A DNA stretch of 64,000 nt from an uncultured virus (IMG/VR IMGVR_UViG_3300022853_000017) (lineage: Duplodnaviria; Heunggongvirae; Uroviricota; Caudoviricetes): the IMG/VR virus record IMGVR_UViG_3300022853_000017. One strand, given 5' to 3'. Shown here piece by piece: positions 9,749-17,404 of the stretch. Below the pieces are notes generated by a model. That model was not told where the DNA came from and searched no databases. It was given only the letters and a program-made list of their open reading frames with translations. Numbering within the stretch: the first letter of the stretch is position 1; each line of letters starts with the position of its first letter. The position numbers were made by a program, and so were the translations under genes.

Positions 9749-10555
9749 TTATAGTATGCTTACTTTATCACAAAACTCTGTCTTTGTCAAGTAACTTAGG
9801 TTATTTTCTTGAATAAAATGATCTTTTGCATCTATCCAATAAAACTTTGTATCCCAAAACTCTCTAAAAACAGTTTGCATCTGGTTCATCCAATTAGTGG
9901 TATTAAAACCTTTTGCATCACTGGGCAGATAATTATCTGTCCCTTTATATATGTTGTTCAACGGTTCGTCATGTGACGATAGGTCAAACCCCAGTATATA
10001 AATCTCTGTTGCTCCCTGCTGACATGCAAGGTGCAGTGCGGTGTTACCCGCTGACCATTCAACAGGAAAGTCAATAGGCCACACAATATCATTCTCTTCC
10101 ACATAGGTAATCCAGACACCCACATCCTTCTCCATCTTCATGCGAAGGTCTTTCATATCCAACTCTGGATTCATCTTAATTGCAGCTACAATCTTGTCCT
10201 GTAATGAAGAAGGGTCTTTCCCTGAAATTACACAAAGGTCTGTTCTCTTCAAGCTCCTGTGTATGAAGTCCTCTGGAATATCAAACCCCATAAACATCAT
10301 ATCAACAATAGATGACGGCACTATACTCCAATTTGCAAAATGACAACAGCCCTGCTCAGGCCATTCTGGATTATCTAATACATATCCAGAATTATAAATT
10401 TCCTGCTGCATACCGTAGTCAACTGCAACAAGGTTGTCCACCATCACATCACGATAGATTGCATTGCAACCCCATGTGACAGCATCCACCTTATACTGTT
10501 TATCACTGAACCACTTGCGTGACTCACCATTACCAATGACAACTGCTTTAGACAA
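9749..10555 (-). CDS. conserved hypothetical protein, Rossmann-like (DUF115/MptE-like)
   Basis: VIGNGESR, WGCNAIYRD, WSAGNTAL, IYILGFDL motifs. Confidence 0.55.
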   Translation of the reverse strand: MSKAVVIGNGESRKWFSDKQYKVDAVTWGCNAIYRDVMVDNLVAVDYGMQQEIYNSGYVLDNPEWPEQGCCHFANWSIVPSSIVDMMFMGFDIPEDFIHRSLKRTDLCVISGKDPSSLQDKIVAAIKMNPELDMKDLRMKMEKDVGVWITYVEENDIVWPIDFPVEWSAGNTALHLACQQGATEIYILGFDLSSHDEPLNNIYKGTDNYLPSDAKGFNTTNWMNQMQTVFREFWDTKFYWIDAKDHFIQENNLSYLTKTEFCDKVSIL

Positions 10556-11222
10556 TGCTGATATCCGTCATGATGGGGAAAATCTTTGCAATCTCACGGG
10601 CACAGGCCTGTGCAATCTCCTGATGTTCCTTCTGAGTACCATTTGCGCTTCTTAGGTCAATGTAGTGTACCCATGAGCGCAGGGTGCCATTCATGTATAG
10701 GCGAGATACAGTCATACCCTCTGGTAGAACTGCACGAGCCTGTTCCTTTGCAATACCTTTGTCAACTGCCCACTTGTATATTTCTTCTGCCTGACGCCAC
10801 AACACATGTTGCTTCATACGGAAGTCTTCATTCAATCGATTATGTTTCTCATCATCACTGTCCAGATCAACACTGTTCTGTCGATTGATTGGGTCTTGCA
10901 GTCGAGCTTCTCTTGCTTCAAAAGACAAATCCTTGGTAGGGTCTGCATACCGTTGGCTGAACTCTTGAAACGAAAATGAGCGGTGACGTAGAATCTGTCG
11001 TGCAATATCTCTTGTTGTCTCAATCTCAATACACGCACTGACCATCTCTAGGGGTGACCAGTGCTTGTGCTTGATAAGATACTTGACCAGTTTCTCGCTA
11101 GTATCTTTATTGTTCTGATTGCCAGGATTAGATACTCTAGCGCAATATGCGATGAGCTCCTGTGCATCATCCACACCAATAATGTTATCTGGTGTAGAAT
11201 GTGATGTCATTTTTACTTTCAT
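10548..11222 (-). CDS. thyX: FAD-dependent thymidylate synthase
   Basis: ARQILRHRSFSFQEFSQRY ThyX motif; HWSPLE; TQKEH. Confidence 0.97.
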   Translation of the reverse strand: MKVKMTSHSTPDNIIGVDDAQELIAYCARVSNPGNQNNKDTSEKLVKYLIKHKHWSPLEMVSACIEIETTRDIARQILRHRSFSFQEFSQRYADPTKDLSFEAREARLQDPINRQNSVDLDSDDEKHNRLNEDFRMKQHVLWRQAEEIYKWAVDKGIAKEQARAVLPEGMTVSRLYMNGTLRSWVHYIDLRSANGTQKEHQEIAQACAREIAKIFPIMTDISIV

Positions 11223-11238
11223 ATTTTGTCCTTGAAAT

Positions 11239-11312
11239 TGGTTCCGGTAGATGGAATCGAACCACCATTAGAAGATTACAAATCTACTGTAATACCATTA
11301 TACTATACCGGA
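11239..11312 (-). tRNA. tRNA-Thr(UGU)
   Basis: 74-nt cloverleaf TCCGGTA...GTAGA TTTGTAA TCTTC...GGTTCGATTCC...TACCGGA A CCA. Confidence 0.85.
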
Positions 11313-11319
11313 TTACCAT

Positions 11320-11517
11320 CTACTTGTTAGGAGTAAACCGGCGCTGTGGTTTATAACCCTTGGGCCAAGTGGGTTGACGATTAGCAAGCTGATTAACTCG
11401 CTCCGAAAGTTCGTCGTTTTTAACCGACACCTCAGCGTTGACAAATTGCATTGCCTTCACTTCGTTTTCTAGTTCCCGGCACCGTGCCTCAAAGAACCCT
11501 TCTACTCTATCCATCAA
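11320..11517 (-). CDS. hypothetical coiled-coil protein
   Basis: 65-aa ORF coupled to gp59; GAGGAG RBS. Confidence 0.6.
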   Translation of the reverse strand: MMDRVEGFFEARCRELENEVKAMQFVNAEVSVKNDELSERVNQLANRQPTWPKGYKPQRRFTPNK

Positions 11518-12095
11518 CTGGACTCCTCTATGAGTTTCAATAGTCTTATCTTATACTGTTCTTGATCAATTGTCAAGAACCTTTTGTAATTATTCATCAG
11601 ATTTCTTAAATCAATCCATATGATGTCATCCTCTAATTGTTTATTCCAAGATTGTGAATAATTCACTAACTCATCCAATATGATGATTGTTTCTAATGAC
11701 ACCCGGCCACCCAGAAACTCTTTCATTAATTTGGGATGTTGTCCATTTTCTATTTTGAACAAATCCTCAAATGCCTCTACCAGAGGTTTCATCTCAACAT
11801 CAAACAAATCAAAGAAACCCTGACGTTTCAGTTTCCATGCATCATAGTTATCATCATTGAAGTTGGCAATATACCCCTTCTTATCCCTAATGAAGTTTGC
11901 TACAAAGTAATTTTTGATTTGTTCTTCTGTCTTGTACTTGCGAGCCAACCTAACGAAAAACGACCTGTCTTTACGTTTATAGAAGGTGTCACGCTTGATA
12001 CGAGTCTTGCCCTTGTATGTTACAAAGTCATAGTCACTCTTACCAAAGTGTGCCTTCATAGCACAATACATTAGATAAACGTCAATCGGTTCCAT
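11514..12095 (-). CDS. gp59: helicase loader gp59
   Basis: Y.MYCAMKAHF...YDFVTYKGKT...FYKRKDR.FF..LARK; next to gp33. Confidence 0.9.
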   Translation of the reverse strand: MEPIDVYLMYCAMKAHFGKSDYDFVTYKGKTRIKRDTFYKRKDRSFFVRLARKYKTEEQIKNYFVANFIRDKKGYIANFNDDNYDAWKLKRQGFFDLFDVEMKPLVEAFEDLFKIENGQHPKLMKEFLGGRVSLETIIILDELVNYSQSWNKQLEDDIIWIDLRNLMNNYKRFLTIDQEQYKIRLLKLIEESS

Positions 12096-12228
12096 TACAG
12101 ATACGCTTCGATACCCAATCAGTTAAAATGCAGGGGATTACCCCATGAATAATTAGAACAGTAGCCATAGCCCATGCATGAGCAAGGTGCATAAAATAGT
12201 TAGTGTTGTTTTCCTTTAGATGTTTCAT
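12082..12228 (-). CDS. small hypothetical protein
   Basis: Manual: MKHLKENNTNYFMHLAHAWAMATVLIIHGVIPCILTDWVSKRICNGTD. Confidence 0.6.
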   Translation of the reverse strand: MKHLKENNTNYFMHLAHAWAMATVLIIHGVIPCILTDWVSKRICNGTD

Positions 12229-12350
12229 CAGTCCATAAACTTTCTGTCTTTGATTAAATGATACAGTCTGTGTGTGAATACATCGAAGAACAGAACAAAT
12301 AAATTATTTGCCGTGTATGTTCCGTTTGGAACTTTTAATTCATATTTCAT
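12228..12350 (-). CDS. small hypothetical protein
   Basis: Manual: MKYELKVPNGTYTANNLFVLFFDVFTHRLYHLIKDRKFMD; start/stop overlaps on both sides. Confidence 0.55.
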   Translation of the reverse strand: MKYELKVPNGTYTANNLFVLFFDVFTHRLYHLIKDRKFMD

Positions 12351-12565
12351 ATTGGGAGTTGTGCTTGTTTCGGTAGAAAATTAAGTTCCCGTGCATTAGC
12401 CTCAATCTTCTCTTTGAGACTTTTGGAAATAAGACTGCCCACAGTATCGGGCTCAATATCTTGACGGTGGCAATAATCAAGAACTGCATCCATATGCGAG
12501 ATGTTCTTGTCTATTGCAAGACGTTCAATTTCCATTGAAAATGTCTTTGATGTGTTTAATGCCAT
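12347..12565 (-). CDS. gp33: late-promoter co-activator gp33
   Basis: FSMEIE...HMDAVLDYC...LISKSLKEKIEANARELNFLP. Confidence 0.92.
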   Translation of the reverse strand: MALNTSKTFSMEIERLAIDKNISHMDAVLDYCHRQDIEPDTVGSLISKSLKEKIEANARELNFLPKQAQLPI

Positions 12566-12593
12566 TTTGTACTCTTGTAAATTAATTAAAGGT

Positions 12594-12640
12594 GAGGGGC
12601 TAACCGTGGGCCCCCCTCGGATGTATTACGGCATCACCCG
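12594..12640 (-). other. tandem hairpins with complementary loops in 3' UTR of HTH gene
   Basis: CGGGTG/CATCCG and GAGGGG/CCCCTC stems; loops contain GCCGT and ACGGT. Confidence 0.55.
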
Positions 12641-12657
12641 TTAGTAGTGGTGTTTAA

Positions 12658-12936
12658 TTAGACACCCTGTGCAAGAGAGCGATAACCCGCCGCAATCACA
12701 GCACGAGTTGCAGTACCAAGGCGGTACTTGTTGTAAGTTACACCATCAAACGAGCTAACCCGCTTGTTGAGGTATACAGGATATCCCTGCATACGAAGAG
12801 AACTCATCAATGCTCGGACATTCTTAACGCCATAACGTGCGCTAATCTGCTTCGCAGTAAGTTCATTACCGTTTTCGAGAGCGGCAATAACCTTAGTTGC
12901 CTTCGAAGTTGTAGTTGTAGCCATACTATAATTCAT
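12658..12936 (-). CDS. small winged-helix DNA-binding protein
   Basis: ELTAKQISARYGVKNVRALMSSLRMQGYPVYLN...YRLG. Confidence 0.8.
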   Translation of the reverse strand: MNYSMATTTTSKATKVIAALENGNELTAKQISARYGVKNVRALMSSLRMQGYPVYLNKRVSSFDGVTYNKYRLGTATRAVIAAGYRSLAQGV

Positions 12937-12957
12937 CCTTTCAAGATGATGTTTTTG

Positions 12958-13017
12958 ACAATATTGCCAGACACAAAGTGTTTCGTTTGGATTTCACAAA
13001 CTCATCAGTGACATTGT
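12958..13017 (-). ncRNA. type I hammerhead ribozyme
   Basis: TGTCA-CTGATGA-GTTTG(TGAAATC)CAAAC-GAAA-CAC(TTT)GTG-TC-TGGCA: complete core, stems I-III, GUC cleavage triplet at 12972-12970. Confidence 0.9.
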
Positions 13018-13023
13018 TTACAG

Positions 13024-13052
13024 AGTATAACAGGTTATTAGTTATTTGTCAA
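13024..13052 (-). promoter_or_regulatory. sigma70-type early promoter TTGACA-17-TATACT
   Basis: Near-consensus. Similar TTGACA-17-(-10) promoters on minus at 9762-9790, 13896-13924, 14122-14150, 20597-20625, 24599-24627, 26874-26902, 27171-27199, 42286-42314, 57463-57491, 60388-60416. Confidence 0.8.
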
Positions 13053-13064
13053 GACCTTTTTTGA

Positions 13065-13252
13065 ATAAAGTGGAAGTTTTTTATCCTGTTGCTAAGAAAA
13101 AAACTCCCAAAAAAACTCCGAAAGATTATGCAGCTAGTGCAAAATCCTCATAAGATACGTTATCGTTTGCATCTATAGTTTTTGACCTATAAGGCGATCA
13201 ATCCACAATTCTCCACTCATCCGTCCCTGCCTGTCGATCCCATGTCACCCCC
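13065..13252 (-). ncRNA. ssrA: two-piece tmRNA, coding piece
   Basis: 5' end GGGGGTGAC..GGATCGAC at 13252; tag (A)ANDNVSYEDFALAA* at 13170-13126; terminal hairpin about 13070-13108 (3' end approximate). Confidence 0.9.
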
Positions 13253-13764
13253 GAAACTATTTCAAAAAACTCTGCTAGGTGGTTGTCATCCATTCTGTTC
13301 TTCAACCAATTTACAGAAACACTAACATATTGAACATTTCCTTTGATATAACCCTTTGAGTTGTCTATCCTATCAAGCGAAGACATATAATTATATCGTT
13401 CAGTAGATTGCATAGCTGTTGGATGTTCCAATTTGACTTTGGTGTAAGCACACTTTCCGTCTTGTAGTTCCCATAACTCTTTTAGGTAAGGTAAATCCAA
13501 ATCAACAACCTTATCCCTTTTATTTGCCCTTCTCATATATTCCCTAAAATCAGTATATTCATCAACCCGATTATTAGAATATTTTGAGATATTTTCTTTG
13601 TTCTCTTTGCTAGAAACCCAAGGATTATATCTTGATGGTTTTCCAGCACAAGAAAGCGAACAATAAAAGTTGGTTCTACCCCTTTTTTTCTGTCTTGTAA
13701 TTTCCTTCAATTCTTTATCAAAACTAATATTACAAGCAGAACATTCAATAGTTTGTGTTTTCAT
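13198..13764 (-). CDS. HNH-family homing endonuclease-like protein inside the tmRNA intervening segment
   Basis: CxxC...YCSLSC Zn module; CAYT...SLDRIDNSKGYIKGNVQ.V...VN..K; own late promoter 13792-13799. Confidence 0.8.
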   Translation of the reverse strand: MKTQTIECSACNISFDKELKEITRQKKRGRTNFYCSLSCAGKPSRYNPWVSSKENKENISKYSNNRVDEYTDFREYMRRANKRDKVVDLDLPYLKELWELQDGKCAYTKVKLEHPTAMQSTERYNYMSSLDRIDNSKGYIKGNVQYVSVSVNWLKNRMDDNHLAEFFEIVSGVTWDRQAGTDEWRIVD

Positions 13765-13826
13765 ATCCTTTCTTATCCCCCTTTTCACACCTATTTATAA
13801 AAAGGTGGAAGTCAAGGGTTCTAACT

Positions 13827-13890
13827 TGGTGGAGGTGGGGGCATCGAAGCCCCGTCCAGTTCAGCTATCAATTCGTATCATCAAATTGTA
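13827..13890 (-). ncRNA. ssrA: two-piece tmRNA, acceptor piece
   Basis: ...GGAC GGGGC TTCGAT GCCCC CACCTCC A CCA; pairs 7/7 with GGGGGTG including G3.U70; 5' end approximate. Confidence 0.88.
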
Positions 13891-13931
13891 TCTTATTTAT
13901 ACCATATTCAGACTAAAATGTCAAGTACTTT

Positions 13932-14066
13932 TTAAAAAGAAATTTTACCATAACCAAGAAGTAAAGCAATAATACCAGAAATCAATAGAATATCAGCACA
14001 TACACTCCATATAAGGTATAGCTTAAACATTAACACTGATATTTTTTTTACTAAGGGGTTCTTCAT
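13932..14066 (-). CDS. small membrane protein
   Basis: Manual: MKNPLVKKISVLMFKLYLIWSVCADILLISGIIALLLGYGKISF. Confidence 0.5.
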   Translation of the reverse strand: MKNPLVKKISVLMFKLYLIWSVCADILLISGIIALLLGYGKISF

Positions 14067-14138
14067 CTGAATCTCCCGATATTTCTATTACCATATTAAT
14101 CTCCTCATCAAATGATATCTTACAATACCACACCCAGA

Positions 14139-14513
14139 CTAGAATGTCAAGTACTTTATTGGCAACCCTTTAATTTTTTTTGGAGGCGCAACTACAACTC
14201 CACCCATTCCCTGACTGATAATACACATTATTTCACCCGACTGTTCTACTATGGTAGTTGTGCCCGTGTTCTCGTTTATATAGAACATAACAGTATCACC
14301 TCGTTCTGCATCAATCCATGCAGCGGCCGGGGTTTCATTAAACTCTGCAATTTTGTCAAGAATTGCTTTCGTGGGCCCACATACTACGGGTTTATTTAAC
14401 AAAGTAAATTCCGGCAGGGTTTCTAAATATTCTGGTGCTGGAATTGTTTCTTGCGCTGAGGTTTGACTACCCAGCAGCAGAAACACCGCCAGTATTGCTA
14501 TTAGATGTTTCAT
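14139..14513 (-). CDS. exported hypothetical protein
   Basis: Signal peptide MKHLIAILAVFLLLGSQTSA; KPVVCG motif. Confidence 0.65.
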   Translation of the reverse strand: MKHLIAILAVFLLLGSQTSAQETIPAPEYLETLPEFTLLNKPVVCGPTKAILDKIAEFNETPAAAWIDAERGDTVMFYINENTGTTTIVEQSGEIMCIISQGMGGVVVAPPKKIKGLPIKYLTF

Positions 14514-15180
14514 TCTGTTTACTCCATTCTGCAACGGTTTCTACAAGAGCATCTAAATAATCATACTTTTCTTTAACAAATTCTTGGACAGTTCCATCAG
14601 CTGTTACTACTAAAATAACTACTTGAGAGATTTCTATCCCTGTTCGTTCCCCGAACATTTCTGCATATGCAGAACCCTGAATGTAATAACTTTCATTATA
14701 CTCATCTTTACGCTCTTTAGTTGATGTCTTGAAGTCGATAATCGATGGTACACCATTGTACTCTGCAATACAATCAACCCTTCCCGCTACCTTATATTTA
14801 TCACTATAGAGTCCTGCTTCTTGAGCATAAATGTTATCTATATTGCATATAACAGACTTTAATTGACTAAAAAGGCAGTAGGGCAAGAAATTGCTTTTGT
14901 GTTTCGCCCACTCATCAGGAAAATTGAACTCCATGTTGTTGAGATAATCTTCACACATCTGATGAACCTTAGTGCCACGATTAGCAGCAGTCCTTGCTAT
15001 ATGATTAGCAACTTCATTACCTACCCTTTTACGCCACTCCATCAGTCCCTTCTTGTTACGGACTGATAGAACCGTTGTGATTGATGGATACCTATTACCC
15101 TCTGGTGTCTCGTATAGTCGTATACCGTCATGGTTAGTTGCCGTTATAGGTTGCAACTCCACCCCTACATGATTAAACAT
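14467..15180 (-). CDS. PD-(D/E)XK exonuclease
   Basis: YPSITTVL, RGTKVH, AGRVDCIAEY..SIIDFKTS, Q..AYA. Confidence 0.9.
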   Translation of the reverse strand: MFNHVGVELQPITATNHDGIRLYETPEGNRYPSITTVLSVRNKKGLMEWRKRVGNEVANHIARTAANRGTKVHQMCEDYLNNMEFNFPDEWAKHKSNFLPYCLFSQLKSVICNIDNIYAQEAGLYSDKYKVAGRVDCIAEYNGVPSIIDFKTSTKERKDEYNESYYIQGSAYAEMFGERTGIEISQVVILVVTADGTVQEFVKEKYDYLDALVETVAEWSKQNETSNSNTGGVSAAG

Positions 15181-15196
15181 TATTTAATTTCTATTC

Positions 15197-15541
15197 CTAT
15201 AATTCCCAAGTTTTATTTGAAGCATTAAAGACCCTAACTTTATCATCTTGATCTGTAACTCTACCAGTTATATTGTTTGCTGCCATGTAAGTATTAAATT
15301 CATCCTGTTTTGTGTTTAGTTTACCATCACGGCTATCCATGCCCCGACGATGGGTGATGAAATCTTCTTTGGATGCCCAAACAATTGCAAATGTTTGAAT
15401 TAACTCATCGGCACTATAACTGACAGTTATGGAAACTTTTTCTGATATATCATCATAACCAGACCTACCATGAACTTCGTGTGGCCATTGTGTTGAAGTG
15501 TTAGGTCTTGTTGTGACTTTTGTGACTGTGAAAGTTGCCAT
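15197..15541 (-). CDS. hypothetical protein (late-expressed)
   Basis: 114-aa ORF, GGAG RBS, TATAAATA upstream. Confidence 0.65.
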   Translation of the reverse strand: MATFTVTKVTTRPNTSTQWPHEVHGRSGYDDISEKVSITVSYSADELIQTFAIVWASKEDFITHRRGMDSRDGKLNTKQDEFNTYMAANNITGRVTDQDDKVRVFNASNKTWEL

Positions 15542-15572
15542 ATTTAATCTCCGTTTGTCATATATTTATAAA

Positions 15573-16016
15573 TTATGCTAACGCACGAATCCTCTCAACT
15601 AGTCTGTCTGCACGATTGGTGACCTGTTTGTACCAACCACTATCTACCATCTCATCTGCGGCCACATTCCAATCACGAGCATCTACACCACGTTTCATAC
15701 CTTTAAACTTACTCAAGCGAGGGCGTCCCATGTTGAACATCATGTTGGCAATCACTTGCTGAGCTTCTTCGGGCAAGTCTTCGAAGTCCGAATAAAGGAT
15801 ATCGCAGTCTCGCATGACGTTTTCGCAATCCGATTCGAAGGCCTCAATGACTCTAGACTCATCGACTGATGTTCCGATTTCTTGACCATATTCGGGGTCA
15901 GACTCAAGGACAAGATGGCCAACGCCGAAAGTAGCATAACCCAGATGATCATTATAGATTTCATATTTTACACCCTCATCAATTTCTAGTTGTTCTCTTA
16001 ATACTTGTAAATCCAT
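15573..16016 (-). CDS. T4-type lysozyme / endolysin (GH24)
   Basis: DEG...Y.DHLG.ATFGVGHL catalytic E-D-T; NM.FNMG; S.WYKQV.NRA. Confidence 0.92.
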   Translation of the reverse strand: MDLQVLREQLEIDEGVKYEIYNDHLGYATFGVGHLVLESDPEYGQEIGTSVDESRVIEAFESDCENVMRDCDILYSDFEDLPEEAQQVIANMMFNMGRPRLSKFKGMKRGVDARDWNVAADEMVDSGWYKQVTNRADRLVERIRALA

Positions 16017-16732
16017 TATTCCATTCCTATTCCTAGTTTAATCTTATTAATAAGATAAGACCGAACAAACCCGCTGCGTACAATATCGCCGATAGTAAAT
16101 TCAGTGCAGTTAAATTCTTCCATCTCTTCCAATATTCGAAGAAAATCATGTAAACCATTTTTCTCGTTTGTCCTCTGTAAATCAGACTGATCAAAATCAC
16201 CACAGAACATAATCTTTGAGTCCTGCCCAACACGAGTGACAATAGTATCAAGCTCATGGAAGTTCATGTTCTGACACTCATCCACTATGATGATTGCGTT
16301 ATCAAATGTCAACCCCCGTAGAAAAGAGGTTGATAGAAAGTAGAGAGTGCCCTGCCCCTTGAGGCGGTCATATAGATTATTGAATGACTGTTCGTTAGGT
16401 TGCTCAAACATAAACTGTACCATGTTCTGATACGGCACCTGATAGAGTGCAGCCTTGTCTTCCTCATCACCCGGCAGGAAACCAATCTCTCGTGTAGGAA
16501 TAAGGGATCGAACCAGAATTACTTTCTCGTACTTGGTCTTCAAATCCATGACTGCTTGCAATGCAAGGAACAATGCACAAAACGTCTTACCTGTACCCGC
16601 AGCACCAAATAAGAATTGGTTCTTATCCTTACTGAACGACTCAAACACCACCTTCTGATTATCAGTGATGGGTTTAACTGCTACTAAATTGATGTGATTG
16701 ATCTCTTTGTTCTTCTTCTTAGTGTTTACCAT
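16016..16732 (-). CDS. phoH: PhoH-like ATPase
   Basis: GAAGTGKT, REIGFLPG, FLRGLTF, DECQN, TRVG, GDFDQSDL. Confidence 0.95.
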   Translation of the reverse strand: MVNTKKKNKEINHINLVAVKPITDNQKVVFESFSKDKNQFLFGAAGTGKTFCALFLALQAVMDLKTKYEKVILVRSLIPTREIGFLPGDEEDKAALYQVPYQNMVQFMFEQPNEQSFNNLYDRLKGQGTLYFLSTSFLRGLTFDNAIIIVDECQNMNFHELDTIVTRVGQDSKIMFCGDFDQSDLQRTNEKNGLHDFLRILEEMEEFNCTEFTIGDIVRSGFVRSYLINKIKLGIGME

Positions 16733-16744
16733 TATATATCCTTA

Positions 16745-16864
16745 AAAATTGGGGGAGAGGGAGTCCAGCTGGAACCCCCTCTCTGATGCATAGGCGGAGT
16801 GACTTCCCAGCTTCCGTTGCCGCTGTGCAGCAGTGCTGAAGTTTGATTTCTCGCCCGCATCAAT
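16745..16864 (-). ncRNA. putative structured ncRNA of unknown family plus terminator
   Basis: Late promoter, then nested stems TGATGC/GCATCA, GGGCG/CGCCT, ACTTC/GAAGT, CAGC/GCTG, then a GC-rich hairpin and U-tract. Confidence 0.55.
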
Positions 16865-16874
16865 ACTATTTATA

Positions 16875-17174
16875 CTAAACAACACCATGCTTTTTCAATA
16901 CTGCTCGAGTTTTCTGTTGTTTGGTAGTCTCACCACCATAACGGTCTGCAAGAGGTGTACCGGGATGTGCCTCAGCAATCCGTTGAAGGTTCTCTGTCAT
17001 ACCATTATCCTGTTTTGGTCCAATGCCCATGATATGATCACCGACAAAAGCAAACCCACCGGGGATTTGACTGATATGTGGATTATCCTTTAGATACTCT
17101 TCACGTTCAGAATTAGGCATCATATCATCCCATTCTTTTTTTGTCTTGCTATCATAAAATGTATATGTTGGCAT
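16875..17174 (-). CDS. conserved T4-like hypothetical protein
   Basis: MPTYTF...REEYLKDNPHISQ...LQRIAEAHP. Confidence 0.75.
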   Translation of the reverse strand: MPTYTFYDSKTKKEWDDMMPNSEREEYLKDNPHISQIPGGFAFVGDHIMGIGPKQDNGMTENLQRIAEAHPGTPLADRYGGETTKQQKTRAVLKKHGVV

Positions 17175-17404
17175 TATATTTCCATCTCCAATTGATCAAG
17201 GTTACTGTCAATTTTCTCTACTGGGCATTCACCCTGTTCGAAGGGAACGATGAAGGTCATCCGCCAGCGTTCTAGTTCTTCTATTCGTTGATATAAATCT
17301 CGTTCGATACTGGTCAATTCGGGTCGTGTGCCGGGGCGAGGTGTAATTATTTTGTCCTCACGCATTCGTCGCCCCATGTAATCCCAGTAACCCTCTCTTT
17401 GCAT
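17174..17404 (-). CDS. hypothetical protein
   Basis: ORF filling the operon; start taken as MQREGYWDY. Confidence 0.5.
   Translation of the reverse strand: MQREGYWDYMGRRMREDKIITPRPGTRPELTSIERDLYQRIEELERWRMTFIVPFEQGECPVEKIDSNLDQLEMEI

Noticed and set aside
12215..12240. Second hammerhead (CTGATGA followed by AAC)
   Set aside because: It is only a TGATG stop/start overlap; there is no stem II or matching stems.
13198..13826. Group I intron in tmRNA
   Set aside because: No P7/catalytic core seen, and the flanks are the mature CCA end and the GGGGG 5' end in permuted order, not exon halves.
14467..15180. Cas4 / CRISPR adaptation gene
   Set aside because: Standard T4-like PD-(D/E)XK exonuclease lacking the four-Cys cluster, with no CRISPR context.
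16790..16860. Cobalamin riboswitch or hairpin ribozyme (CACTG...CTGGGAAG; AGAA/GTC)
   Set aside because: The remaining conserved cores (B12 box, loop B) are absent; kept as an unidentified RNA.
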